From Chiloscyllium plagiosum (taxonomy: Eukaryota): a stretch of DNA of 64,000 nt. A model generated the notes under the pieces. It did not search any database and had not been told where the DNA came from. It worked only from the letters and a program-made list of their open reading frames with translations. A program made the translations under genes and the position numbers. Positions 37,578 to 50,402 of the stretch are shown piece after piece (the stretch's first letter is position 1; the number at the start of each line of letters is the position of its first letter). Location of the stretch: NCBI RefSeq assembly GCF_004010195.1, contig NC_057750.1, positions 2,734,112 through 2,798,111 of the forward strand, read 5' to 3'.

Positions 37578-38279
37578 TGCAGCCTTTTTACCATTTCTAA
37601 TTAGCAACGCCACCCCCCCCCGACCATCTTCATCTCCTCCCCGACTCTGGGGACTGAGGCCAACAAAAGCCCCTCAGTGCTCTGTCCAGTCGAAGACAAG
37701 TTAACCCAGGAGAGACCAGCTCTCACCCTCGAGCAGGAAAATCCCAGATTAAACCTTGAGGGGACACCACAAAAGGCTGCACGTTTTAACTGATACTTCA
37801 TCAGCAGGTTCCTGTCCTTGCCCAGATGACGTTGGGTAGCCCCTTACCAGACCAGTTTGACCCATGCTAGGTACTGATGTGAGCATTTTGTGGTAGCTGG
37901 GATTTATCAAACTGTACATAGAACAAGCCAACAGTGCTGCTGATTGCAATAAGCTGAACCCTGTCATTTGCCCTTTCCATTAACATAACTTATGCTTTCT
38001 TGTCCTCAGCACAGCTTCTAGAATTTTCCAGCGCTGCAACAGGTCATGGCCCTACTGGTCAATATTGGTGCTTGCCTCCCCCAGTCAGACCATATCCAAC
38101 TTCATCAGCGTAACCTTCCATTCCGCTCTCCCTTGTGTATTTATCCAATCACCTCTCATACGTGTCGATATTATTCCCTGTCTTAGTCATTTTCACAGTC
38201 TGAGTAAAGAGGCTGATGCTCAATTTTCTGTCATTATTCATGACTGCCTCAGATTGACAGACTCAGACTTAATTGGACA

Positions 38280-38772
38280 CAGTTATGTCCAGAGAGTGCA
38301 GAGAAGGTTCCCCAGGATCTTGGTCTCGCGGGCACTGGCTGTGAGGAAAGGTTAAAAAAAGACTAGGATTGTTTTCACTGGAAAGGCTGTGGGGAGACCT
38401 GATGGAGACCAGCAAAATTATGAGAGGCATTGATCGGGTGGATAGTCAGAGGCTCTCTTCCCAGGGGTTGAAGTTTCAATTATAAGGGAGCGCAGGTTCA
38501 AGATGACAGGAGGGAAAGTTTAAGGAAGATGTGCAAGGAAGGTCTTTCATGCAGACAGTGGTATGAGCCTGGAATGCATTGCCAGCAGAGGTGGTGGAAG
38601 CAGGCACATTGGCATTTAAGAAGCATCTGGATGGTTACATGAATAGGAAGGGAATAGAGGGATACAGACCGAATGAGGACAGAGGTTTGTTTTTTAGTTT
38701 AGTTTGGGCATGATAATCGGCACAGGCTTGAAGGGCCAACGGGCTTGTTCCTGGGCTGCAGTTCTCTGTACT
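38280..38772 (+). mobile_element. CR1 3' fragment
   Basis: QRVQRRFPR and GGAATGCATTGCCAGCAGAGGTGGTGGAAGC, plus a CR1 3' UTR. Confidence 0.8.
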
Positions 38773-38934
38773 GACCTATCGAACCTCTTTGGAATTTTAA
38801 AGGTCTCAAACAGGACAGCTCTGTTCTTTCTCAGATATTGAGCCTTTCGTTTTGGATGGAAAGCTCTTTTTAAATTCTCCAGAGGTGACATAAGAGTGAC
38901 TGCCCTTAACTTCAAGGTCACATTTGACAATGCG

Positions 38935-41900
38935 ACATCAAGGACCCGTACAAAATTAGCAATATTTGAAATCGGAGGGAAAAGATTCTGATGCCTAGAG
39001 GTTCAATGAGAAGGATAAACCAACCACGGCTAACTAGGGCAGTAAAGGAGCGTATTAAGTTGAAAGAGGCCAATGTCAGTGATGGCTCCAAAGATTGGGA
39101 TAAATTCAGAATCCAGTAAAACTGGACAAAAAAGTTAATAAAGACAGAGAACATAAACTCCAAGAGCAAACTCGCCAGCAATGTAAAAACTAACAGTAAG
39201 AGCTTCTTTAAATATATAAAAAGGAAGAGAGAGGTCAAAGTGGATATAGATAACTTATAAAATGAACTTGGGGACCTCGGAAATATCAAAGGAGTTGTTT
39301 TACCAGTTGGCCCATCCTGAATTTCCATGAGCATCATACCTCTCTACCCTGTATTTCTCCTTGAGCATAGCCCAATCCATCTTTGGACTGTTGGAGGAAA
39401 CCCATACAGACACAGTGAGAAAATGCAAACCCCACACAGACAGCCACTCAAGGCTGGAATTGAACCTGGGTCCCTGGTGCTGTGAGGTAGCAGTGCTAAC
39501 CACTGAGCCACCACCCTGCCCTAGTGTTAAAGAAGTAGTACAGACAGATGGGTCCCCTGGCCCTGAAGGATTGCATCCTAGCATTCTAAAAGATGTAGCT
39601 ACAGCGATAGCGGATGTGTGGGTTGTAAATTTCCAAAAATTATCAGATTCTGAAGAAGTACCACAGGATTTTACCAGGATGCTGCCTGGACTGGGGGGCA
39701 TATCTTGTGAAGAAATGTTGAGGAAGCAAGGGTTTTTCTCATTGGAGTGATGAAGGATGAGAGGTGATTTGATAGAAGTGTGCAAGATGATGAGAGACAT
39801 GGATAGAGTGGACATCCAGAGACTTTTTCCCAGGGTGGAAATGGCTATCACAAGGGGACATAATTTTATGGTGATTGGAGGAAGGTTGGAGATGTCAGAG
39901 GTAGGTTCTTTACACAGAGAGTGGTGGGTGCATGGAGTCCACTGCCAGTAGTGGCGGTAGAGTCAGATATATCAGGGACATTGAAGCAACTCTTGGATAT
40001 GCACATGAATGATAGTATAATGAAGGGCATGTAGGTTAGTTTGACCTTAGAGTAGGATAAAAGGCCAGCACAACATTGAGGTCCAAAGAGACAAAGTGCT
40101 GGAAAATCTCAGCAGGTCTGGCAGCATCTGTAAGGAGAGAAAAGAGCTGACGTTTCGAGTCTAACTGACCCTTTGTCAAAGCTTTTATTCAGGTCCAAAG
40201 GGCCGGTACTGTGCTGTACAATGTTCTATGATTGGAAAACTACTAATGTGATATCATTTTCAAAAAAGGGAGGTAAATATAGACCGTTAAGCCTAACACC
40301 TATTGTTTGGGAAGTATTAGAATCAATTATTAAGAAAGTAATAGCAGAACATTTGGAAAATTATAATCTAATCAAGTAGAGTCAGCATGACTTCAAGGAA
40401 TGGGAAATCATCTCTGACTAATTTATTAGTTTTTCGAGGAAGTCTCAACCACACTGGATGGAGCGGAGCCAGTAGATTTGTTGTATTCCAGAAGATATTT
40501 AGTAAGGTACCACACAAAAGGTTAAATCATATGATAAGAACCCATGGTGTTGGAGGCAGTATATTAGCATGGATAGAGAACTGGCTAATGGCAGGAAACA
40601 GTGAGTGGGATAAGGAATTCTCCTTCAGATTGGCAATCCATGATCAGTGGGATTCCACAGGGATCAGTGCTGCAACCACAACTGTTTACAATATATATTA
40701 ATGACTTGGAGGAAGGAACTGAATGTACTGTAGCCAGACTTGCAGACGACCACAAAAATAAATGGAAAGGCAGGTTCTGGGAGGGATACAAACAGTTTAC
40801 AGAGAGATATTGATTGGTTAAGTAAGTGGGCATAAAGTTAGCAAGTGGAGTAATGTATGGGAAAATATGAACTTGTTCATTTTGGAAGGGACAACGGAAG
40901 GACAGAATATTATTTAAATGGAGAAAACTGCAGAAAGTTGCAACACAAAGGGACTTGGGGGGTGGGGTGGGGGGATGGGGTTGGATTTAGAGTCATAGAG
41001 ATGTACAGCCCAGAAACAGACCCTTCGGTCCAACTCGCCCATGCCAACCAGATATCCTAAATTAATCTACTCCCATTTGCCAGCACTTGGCCCATATCCC
41101 TCTAAACCCTTACTGTTCATATACCCATCCAGATGCCTTTTAAACTGTACCAGCCTCCACCACTTCCTCTGGCAGCTAAATCCACACACGCACCACCCTC
41201 TGCGTGAAGAAGGTGCCTCTTAGGTCCCTTTTAAATTTTTTCCCTTTGACCCTAAACCTATACCCTCCAGTTCTGCACTTCCCCACCCCAGGGAAAAGAC
41301 CTTGTCTATTTACCCGATCCATGCCCCTCATAATTTTATAAATCTCTATATGATGCATGAAACACAGAAAGCCAGCACACAGGGATTTTGTGGTAATCAG
41401 GAAGGGCCTTATTTCAAGAGGGTTAGAGGAGGGAAATCTTACTGTAACTGTACAAGGGGCTGGGGAGACCACAGCTGGAGCACTGTGAGCAGTTTTAGTT
41501 CCTGTTATTTAAGGAAAGATATCATTTCATTGGAAGCAGTTCAGAGAAGGATCACTAGGATGGTCCCTGGGATGGAGGGATTGTCTAATGAGCAAAGGTT
41601 AAACAGGTTGGGGGCTCTACTCCCTGGAGTTTAGAAGAATGAGAGGTGATCTCATTGAAATATTTTGAATTCTTAAGGAGCTTTAAGCCATAAATGCTGA
41701 GAGCATGTTTCTCCTCTTGGGAAGGTCTAGGACCAGGGGGTATAGTCCCAGAATAAAGGGATACCAATTTAAGACTGAAATGAGGAGGAATTTCTTCTCT
41801 GAGGGTTGTGAGTCTTTGGAACTCCTTGCCACAGACTTCTGTGGGGGCAGAGACCATATGTATATTTAAGGTAAGATAGACAGATTCTTGATCAGTCGAA

Positions 41901-42020
41901 GAATCAAGAGTTAGAGGGTAAGGGCAGGAAACTGGATGTGAGGAATGTGGGTTCAGTTGTGATCCTGTTGAATGGCAGAGTAGGCTCGAGAGGCTGAATA
42001 TCCTACTCCTGTTTCTATTT
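38935..42020 (+). mobile_element. Fragmented CR1 carrying nested insertions: SINE 39330-39521, CR1 about 39665-40228 with a PLE inside, and an inverted CR1 at 40988-41350
   Basis: Outer ORF2 pieces (SPGPEGLHPSILK, YRPLSLTPIV, GIPQGSVLQPQLFTIYINDL, LEAVQRRITRMVPG) are collinear across the inserts. Confidence 0.8.
40089..40190 (-). mobile_element. PLE family D short element with a U3-A8 variant hammerhead (40145-40183)
   Basis: Minus strand AGCT-TTGACAA-A-GGGTC(AGTTA)GACTC-GAAA-C-GTC-AGCT, followed by the tail CAGATGCTGCCAGACCTGCTGAG. 10-bp TSD AGGTCCAAAG at 40079-40088 and 40191-40200. Confidence 0.75.
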
Positions 42021-42044
42021 TTATTTTTTTATGATGTTCTGGTC

Positions 42045-43075
42045 TAGCACGCAGGAAGATGGTTGTGGTTGATGGAGGTCAGTAACTCAGCTCCAGGACA
42101 TCTCTGCAGGGGCTCCTCAGGGTAGTGTCCTCTACCCAACCACCGTCAGCTCCTTCATCGATGACCTTCCCTCCATCATAAAGTCAGAAGTGGGAATGTT
42201 CGCCGATGACTGCACAGTGTTCAGCACCATTAGTGACTCCTCAGATACCGAAGCAGTCCATGTTCAAATGCAGCAAGATCTGGACAATATCCAGGTTTGG
42301 GCTGACAAGTGGCAAGCAACATTCACGCCACACAAATGCCAGATAATGACCATCACCAATAAGAGACAATCTAATCACTATCCTCTTGGCATTCAATCCC
42401 ATTACCATCACTGAATCCCCTACTATCAACATCCTGGGGATTACCATTGACCAGAAACTGAACCATATATAATACTGTGGCTACTGGAGCAGGTCAGAGA
42501 GTCAGAATAATTGAAAAGTAATTGTCTCCCCAAAGCCTGTGCACCATCTAAAAGGCACAAGTCAGGAGTGTGATTGAATATCCCCCAATTTCCCAGATGG
42601 GGACAGCCCCAACAACACTCAAGAAGCTTAACACCATCCAGGACAAAGCAGCCCCCGCTTGATTGGCACCACATCCACAAGCATCCACTCCCTCCACCAC
42701 CAATGCTCAACAGCAGCAGTGTGGACCATCTACAAGAAACACTACAGAAGTTCACCAAGGTTCCTTAGACATTATCTTCCAAACCCATGACCACTTCCAT
42801 TGAGAAGGACAAGGGCAGCAGATACATAGGAACACCACCCCCTGCAAGTTCCCCTCCGAGCCCCTCACCATTCCGACTTGAAAATATATCACCATTCCTT
42901 CAGTGTCGCTGGGTCAGAATCCTAGACCTCCCTCCCTAGTAGCACTGTGGGTGTCCATGTGCAGACTGCAGAGGTTCAAGAAGGCACCACCTTCTCAAGG
43001 GGCAGTTAGGGATGGGTAATAAATGCTGGCCCAGCAGCCAGCAATGTTCACATCTGTGAACGGATAAAAATAAAG
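42045..43075 (+). mobile_element. CR1/L2-group LINE of a lineage distinct from the canonical CR1, end of RT to 3' tail
   Basis: PQGSVL, GMFADDCTVF and QQDLDNIQVWADKWQATF. The tail is GGGCAGTTAGGGATGGGTAATAAATGCTGGCC. Confidence 0.8.
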
Positions 43076-43094
43076 CGATTGGATCCATGCGGGA

Positions 43095-43315
43095 TGTGGA
43101 TGTAGGTTTGCTCGCTGAGCTGGAAGACGTTTCATCACCATACTAGGTAACATCTTCAGTGAGCCTCTGAATGAGGCATTGCTGATGGTTCCTGCTTTCT
43201 ATTTACATGTTTGGGTTTCTTTGGATTGGTGATGTCATTTCCTGTGGTGATGTCATTCCTGTTCTTTTTCTCGGGGGGGGGTGGTAAATGGGGTCCAAGT
43301 CAATGTGATTGTTGA
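43095..43315 (-). mobile_element. PLE family C single arm with a hammerhead core (43124-43162)
   Basis: Minus strand TCACTGAAGATGTTACCTAGTATGGTGATGAAACGTC. Similar to the arm at 10657-10885. Confidence 0.7.
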
Positions 43316-43785
43316 TGCACTGTGATCACTGGATAAAATCATGTTTTCCATTGTCCCATTAGCTGCCTCTCTGTAACACAGAGGCCCTGAGACTGAGGGA
43401 CTCACTGTTCCCCGGACTGAGACTATCTCATATGTTGACTGATGCAGTTCATACACAAGAGGTCAGTGAGGAGATAACCCTGCTTTTAATTGGGCGGGTG
43501 GATGAGTTTTGAACATCCCTCCGTCTAGCCCTCCCTCCCCTCCTCTTTCCTGTAGCGTCCTCCCACCTTTCTCCTGACAGCCTCAGTATTCCCCATTCTC
43601 TTCTCCCATTCTTTTCCCACTCTCCTTCCCCCCAACCCCTTTCACTAACAGCACCCTCCCACCTCCACTTTCCCTCAGTTACCTCTTCCCCCACTCCCAC
43701 TCCCCCTCCCCACGCCCCGGGCCCACATGGCGGAATGGAGGGGAGGGGCTATCTTTTCACAATGCAACCATTAATTAATCACCTC

Positions 43786-43910
43786 CTGAAGAAGGGCTTA
43801 TGCCCGAAATGTCGACTCTCCTGTTCCTTGGATGCTGCCTGACCTGCTGCGCTTTTCCAGCAACACATTTTCAGCTCTGATCTCCAGCATCTGCAGTTCT
43901 CACTTTCTCC
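43786..43910 (+). mobile_element. PLE family A short element with hammerhead (GAAAT-GTC variant)
   Basis: CTGAAGAAGGGCTTATGCCCGAAATGTC plus the full family A tail ending CTCACTTTCTCC. Flanked by ACCTC repeats. Confidence 0.75.
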
Positions 43911-44629
43911 ACCTCCCAAAAAAGCAAAGTTCTGTAAGTTACTTACCCCTCAGTATTTTTGGCCCTGACACTCGGACTAAATAAGACATAGACAACAAAA
44001 AGAATGGGAGAGATCTTGCCTCTCAACCCTTTTAATTCAATCCGCAGCTCCCCCACACAAAAAGAAAACAACTTTATGACCTTGCCCAATCCCAGTAACT
44101 TCACCCATAAATGTAGGAGACAATAGGCCAGTGTTTAAAGAGCTGGTTTCCATAGAAAGTCCTGAACCCTGCCAACTTTTGTTTTAATCACCGTTTTGTG
44201 CCTTCCTGAACCAGGTCAGGGTTGTTCAGTGAAGGAGAACAAGCTCGCTAGTGACATCAGCAGTTTGAGAAGTCTGTCTGCGGGTCACACCTACCTTGCT
44301 CATGACCATGAAGTCACTGACATTACATCTGCCCCCGAAATGGTTTATTTCGGACTGGGAGGAGACTTTTAATCTTGATGTTCTTTCCGCTTGGCTGTGT
44401 TTTGGTTCTTTCCAAACCAGAAGTTTGCTTCGATAATAAACTCTTGTTGTGTCAGCATGTTCACGTTATAATGAGCCGCAGGGTCAGATCTGTTCTGATT
44501 CAGGTCACAGGCTCATTGGGGTCAGAAATTGAGTGTGACACCCCAGTGCAGTACTGAGGGAGTGCTGTACTGTCAGGATGTTAAACTGAATCTCCATCTG
44601 CCCCCGCAGTCCATGAAGACCAACAAGGT

Positions 44630-45092
44630 TAAAGGGTGATCTAATCAATATCTTCAGTCTATTAACAGGGAAAGACAGAGTAGATAAAGGTAATCTATCT
44701 TCACTGGTTGAAGAGTGTAAAACCAAGGGCACAGTCTAAGAATTAGCATCAGGTCATTCAGGTTGGATGTTAGAAAGCTCTTCCACACAAAGAGTATCAA
44801 GAGGTTCGGAACACTCTTCTACAAATGGCTATCAATAGTAATTCAATTGTTAAAATTAAATTTGAGGCAGACAAATTTTTATTAAGCAAGTGTATCAAGG
44901 GATATGTCCTAAGGCAAGCATATGGAGTTAGGCCGATGCTGCCTGACCTGCTGCGCTTTTCCAGCAACACATTTTTAAGCTCTGATCTCCAGCAGCTGCA
45001 GTCCTCACTTTCTCCACAGATCAGTCATGTCATATTGAATGGTGGAGCAGATTCAAGAGGCTGAATGGCCTACTCCTGTTCTTGTGTTCCTA
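44630..45092 (+). mobile_element. CR1 3' fragment containing a PLE family A tail (44936-45015), nested in a Deu-type SINE
   Basis: KGDLINIF start and the CR1 UTR motif GCTGAATGGCCTACTCCTG. Confidence 0.7.
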
Positions 45093-46341
45093 AAACAAGC
45101 AGCAAAGTACTTCCTGGGGTCATGGCCAATATTTGTCCTTTGATTGACATCAATAAATAGATTTGCCAGTCATAATCAGATTATTAAGGGCACTGCTTGT
45201 CACTGGCCACTCGGGTGTTTCCTTTCTTCCTGGTGGTGGAAATTGCATAAAGATTTGTACACCCTGTGTCTTTCACTGTGTCTCACACCTGCAAACACAC
45301 AACATGGGGGCTGGGGAAAGAATAAGCACAACTGCAGTTAGGTGGTAGTGTGGGGGTTAAAAAAAAGAAAAAAAAATCACATTGTTTATGTGGGCTTGCT
45401 GTGTACAAATTGGCTGCCTTGGTTTGTGATTAGACTTTAAAAGTACTTCATAAAGCAGTTTGGGACATCATGAAAGGTGCTATACGAATGTAACTTCAAT
45501 GATGTCCTTTTCTCAAACGTGGCAAATGAGATCAACTCCATCGTATCTCTATTTGCACATTATAAAAAAGATATCAAGAACATGATTAAAAAGTTTCCCA
45601 ATAAACAGCAGCATTTAATCTGCCCTCCACCAATAATAAGCTATGAAATCACAGCTATATCCAACTCAGCTTCCTACCCCAGATCACAGTGTTCCCTCAG
45701 TTAGAAACAGACAGAGCTTATTATTAAACTTTGTACTTTGCACTGGTCTGGTTCAGAAATAGCTGACAATTCTTGAGAAGGTTTTGTGGCAGTTTCGAAC
45801 ACATGTTGGATCTTTTTCTGAAAGCTATAATTTGATGGGGCAATGGCCTTGTAATCACTGGGAGGATTTCACTTGCTACTGCACTTGGTGGCATGGTTAG
45901 TGACTGTAGGAAAGTGCGTTTGTTTCACTGACAGTCCAGCTCACAAGGTCACAGCCTCTAATTGGATGCAGCATTTTTAGTGTTGACTTTCACTGGAGCT
46001 GCTAAATGCCCTTCCTCAGGGTATTAAAATATCCCAGTCTGCTGTTCAAAATAACAGCTTGTCTTTCTACCTGGGATTTCACAGCTTTCGTGCTCACTCC
46101 TGAAGGGAAATGATGCAGTCACTTTCTTCAAAGCAAGATCCCCTAAGGAGTTCTGATAAATGGAAGGGAGTAGGATGGTAATGCCGCTGGGTGACCTGGT
46201 TAATGGGTTCAAATCCCACCAGGCATTGTGGAATTTAAATCACATTAGTTAACACACATGAATAATGGTACTGACGATGAAACTGTCATTGTCATAAAAA
46301 CTGAGGAAAATCTGCCGTCCTTACCCAGTGTGACCTACGGG

Positions 46342-47221
46342 TAGGGTTGGGAGGTTATGTTGCGGCTGTACAGGTCGTTGGTTAGGGCCACTTTTGGAAT
46401 AGTGCGTGCAATTCTGGTCTCCTTCCTACAGAAAGGATGGTGTGAAACTTGAAAGGGTTCAGAAGAGATTTACAAGGATGTTGCCAGGATTGGAACTGTA
46501 GGGAGAGGCTAAATAGATTAGATTCCCTACAGTGTGGAAACAGGCTTTTCGGCACAACAAGTCCACACCGACTCTCCGAAGAGCTATCCACCCAGACCTA
46601 TTCCACTCAACTAACGTACCTAATTTGGCTAATGTGCAAATACAAACTACGGGCAATTTAGCACGGCCAATTCACCTAACCTGCACATCTTTGGACTATG
46701 GGAGGAAACCGGAGCAAACCCACGCAGACACAGGGAGAATATGCAAACTCCACACAGACAGTTGCCTGAGGTGGGAATTGAACCCGGATCCCTGGTGCTG
46801 TGAGGCAGCAGTGCTAACCACTGAGCCACCGTGCCGCCCTTGAATAGGCTGGGGCTGTTTTCCTTGGAGCGTCGGAGGCTGAGGGGTGACCTTATAAAAT
46901 CATGAGGGGCATGGATAGGATAAATAGGCAAGGCCATGTTCCCCAGGATAGGGCAGTTCAAAACTAGAGGGCATAGGTTTAGTTTATAGGGGAAGGATTT
47001 AAAACGGACCTGAAGGGCAACTTTTTAACACAGGGGTTTGTGTGTGTGTGGAATGAGCTGCCAGAGGAAGTGGTGGAGGCTGGTACAATTACAGAATTTA
47101 AAAAGCATCTGGATGGGTATGTGAATAGGGAGAGTTTAGAGGGATATGGGCCAGGTGCTGGGAAATGGGACTCGATTAATTTAGGATATCTGGTCAGCAT
47201 AGATGAGTTGGACTGAAGAAT
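46342..47221 (+). mobile_element. CR1 3' fragment with a nested inverted SINE
   Basis: GAAAGGGTTCAGAAGAGATTTACAAGGATG before the insert and AATAGGCTGGGGCTGTTTTCC after it are continuous across 46513-46839. Confidence 0.85.
46513..46839 (-). mobile_element. HE1-like V-SINE nested in a CR1
   Basis: Complete antisense copy with AATAG duplicated at the junctions. Confidence 0.88.
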
Positions 47222-49402
47222 TTGTTTATCTTTATGACTCAGACGTGGTTGACTCTTAACTGTCCTCTGAAATGGCTTAAAGTAGCCAAACCAGTTTGAA
47301 GGTAATTAGTCATGGCCAACGGCATCCACATCCCATTGAACAATAAAAATAAGTCTGTTAACCCAAAGGATAGTCATACTGGACTCAAACCTTTAACTCT
47401 GTTTCTCGTTCCATAGATGCTGCCGGACTTGCTGAGTTTCTCCAGTAATTTCTGGTATTATTTCAGACAATCTCTATTCACAATGTTTGCTAACGGATAG
47501 GTCTTGTTTTTCCAGCAGCCAAAGACCAGAAAGTCCTTTAGTTTAAAGCCTTACCCCAAAAAAGGCAGCAACTTTGACAGTGTAGCACTCCCTCACTAAC
47601 GTGCTGAGGTGCCAGTTTACAGGCAGAAAGCAAGCGCTTGGCACGGAGTTAAAATGCTCAAAGAGCCAGTGCTCTCACACAGGCTGAATAGCCTCCTCCT
47701 GCACTGTAATAATTCAGTGATTCTCAGTGTAATCTTAAGCCTCTGAAAGTGGGATCTTGAACCTAGCTCCCCCTGTCTCAGAGATAAGGACACTACCCTT
47801 TCAGCCACTTTGGAGACACAAACGTTCTCCCAGTGTCCCAAAGACAAATGAACGTACTGTACAAACAAGGGATAGGCCATTCGGCCCCTCAAGCTGGCTC
47901 TGAGATTCGATAAGACTATGGCTGATCTGATTGTAACCCCAAATCCACCCTCCAGCCTGCTCCCCAATTATCTTTCAGCCACTTGCTTAACAAGAATCTC
48001 TCCAGCTCGGCCTTCAAAAATACCCAAGCATGCTGCTTCCTCCTCTTTTTTTCAGGGACAGAGTTCCACTGCCTCATGGCCCTGTGTTTGTGAGAAAAAA
48101 AGGACTTCTCTTCTCTGTCTTAAAATGGGAAAGTTATTTTAAGACACGGTGACGCTTGGTTAGTCATAGTCATAGTCATAGAGATGTACAGCACAGAAAC
48201 AGACCCTTCAGTCCAACTCGTCCATGCTGACCAGATATCCCAACCTAATAGTTCTAGATTGTCTCCCTCTGTATTCCATCAGGATCCCTTGGCAGAGAGT
48301 TTGAAAACCTGGGCTGACAGATTCAAGCTCAGTGGTGAAGATTCTAGAGGACATAAAGAAAGTCTTTTTTCCAGAGGGTGGTGAGTGTTTGGAATTTTCT
48401 GCCTGAACTGATGGTGGAGACAGAGACCTTAAACTCTGTTAGAAAGTATCTGAATCTACATCTAAGCTGCTGTAAGATGCCGGGCTTTGGGCTACATGCA
48501 GGACGATGAGATTAGAAACGGCTTCTGGCTGTCTTTGGATTGGCATGGACAAGGTGGACTGAATGGATCCCTTCTGTGCTGTGTCATTTCTACAGTTTCT
48601 AAATTGCTCCTTCATTTAATTCAGAAACAGGGTATTGAGTAATTTGTGGGATCCTTCTGTGTGCAAATAGGTTTGTCAGCACAAGGGGCAGTTCCAGCTC
48701 TTTGAAAATTCATCAGTCATGGAAGAACATGTGCTGGTTCCAGGGATGTGCTGAGCAGCTACATCAGTGCAAACCTTGTGCCAGGACATGAACACACAGG
48801 GAGTAAATGGTATGATGTAATGATCTCAAAGCAGAGGATAACGGGTTGGGATCACATCAAGGATTTACCTGATCCCATATCCAGTCCTGTTAATTAACGT
48901 GAGACCCCATGAGTGACATGACTCAAACTAACTGAATCTGACAGACATTCCCATCTCAACAACAATTCTTCTATTTATAGGATGCCTTTAACAGGACAAA
49001 AGATGGTCAACAGAACTTTACACTGTGTCAAGGAGATATTAAGATAGTCCATAGACAGCATCTTCCAAACCCATGACCATCCCTTCTAAAAGGACAAGGA
49101 CAACCCCACCCCCTGCAAGTTCCCCTCCAAGCCCCTCACCCTCCTGACTTGGAAATGTATCACCGTTCCTTCAGTGTGGCTGGACCAGAATCCTGGAATT
49201 CCCTCTCTAAGGGCATTGTGGGTCAACCTACAGCAAATGGACTACAGTGGTTCAAGAAGGCAGCTCACCCCCACCTTCTCAAGGGGCAGCTAGGGACAGG
49301 CAATAAATGCTGATCCATCCATGGAAACCCACATCCCATGAATAAGTGAAAAATGGTGACTGTGAGTTTTGTCTGAGTCATGGAATTTAAAGAGCGTGTT
49401 AA

Positions 49403-50402
49403 GAACATAAGAACTCAGAGCAGGAGTAGACCATCTGTCTCCTCAAGACTGCTCTGCTATTCAATAAAATCATGGCTGATCTTTATCATGGACCCAGCTC
49501 CAGTTACCCACCCCCTCACCATAACCCTTCATTCCTTTACTGTTCAAAAATCTCTCTTGGCCTTAAAAACATTCAGTGAGGAAACCTCAGCTGCTTCCCT
49601 GGGCGGGAAAATTCCACAGATTCACAACCCTCTGGGTGAAGAGGTTCCTCCCCAACTCAGTCTGAAACCCACTCCCCCTTATTTTGAGGCTATGCCCCTC
49701 GTTCTAGTTTCACTCACCAGTGGAAACACCCTCCCTGGTGCTATTTTATCTATGCCCTTCCTCATTTTAAGTGTTTTTATAAGATCCACCCCACCCACCC
49801 ACCCTTCTAAAAGGAAGGACAGGAAGACTTGTATGTTCTACATAGTCATTCACAACCTCAGTCATAGAGTCAGAGAGACGTACAGCAGAGAAACAGACTC
49901 TTCGGTCCAACTCGTCCATGCGGACCAGATATCCTAAATTAATCTAATCCCATTTGCTAGCACTCGGCCCATGTCCCTCCAAACCCTTCCTATTCATATA
50001 CCCATCCAGATGCCTTTTAAATGTTGCAATTGTACCAGCCTCCACCACGTCCTCCAGCAGCTCATTCCATACGCACACCACCCTCTGTGTGGAAAAAGAC
50101 TGAGGGTCCTTTTTATACCTTTCCCCTCTCACCCTAAAACTACATCCTCTAGATCTGGACTCCCCGACCACAGGGAAAAGACTTTGCCTATTTATCCTAT
50201 CCATGCCCCTCATGATTTATAAACCTCTATAAGGTCACCCCTCAGCCTCTGAGGGGAAAACAGCCCCAGCCTGTTCAGCCTCTCCCTACAGGTCAAACCC
50301 TCCAACCCTGGCAGCGTCCTTGTAAATTTTTTCTGAACCCTTTCAAGTTTCACAACATCCTTCCGTTAGGAAGGAGACCAGAATTGCACACAGTATTCCC
50401 AA
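49403..50402 (-). mobile_element. Two adjacent CR1 3' fragments (49403-49785 and 49860-50402)
   Basis: Both show FF.QRVV..WN.L on the minus strand, with different tails (CTTATGTT-type and CTATGACT-type). Confidence 0.85.

Noticed and set aside
36597..37704. Long ORFs of 250-335 aa in the ORF track
   Set aside because: They are artefacts of translating through the N gap.
43520..43720. C-rich pyrimidine tract (potential G-quadruplex or triplex on the minus strand)
   Set aside because: It is low-complexity sequence with no further evidence of function.
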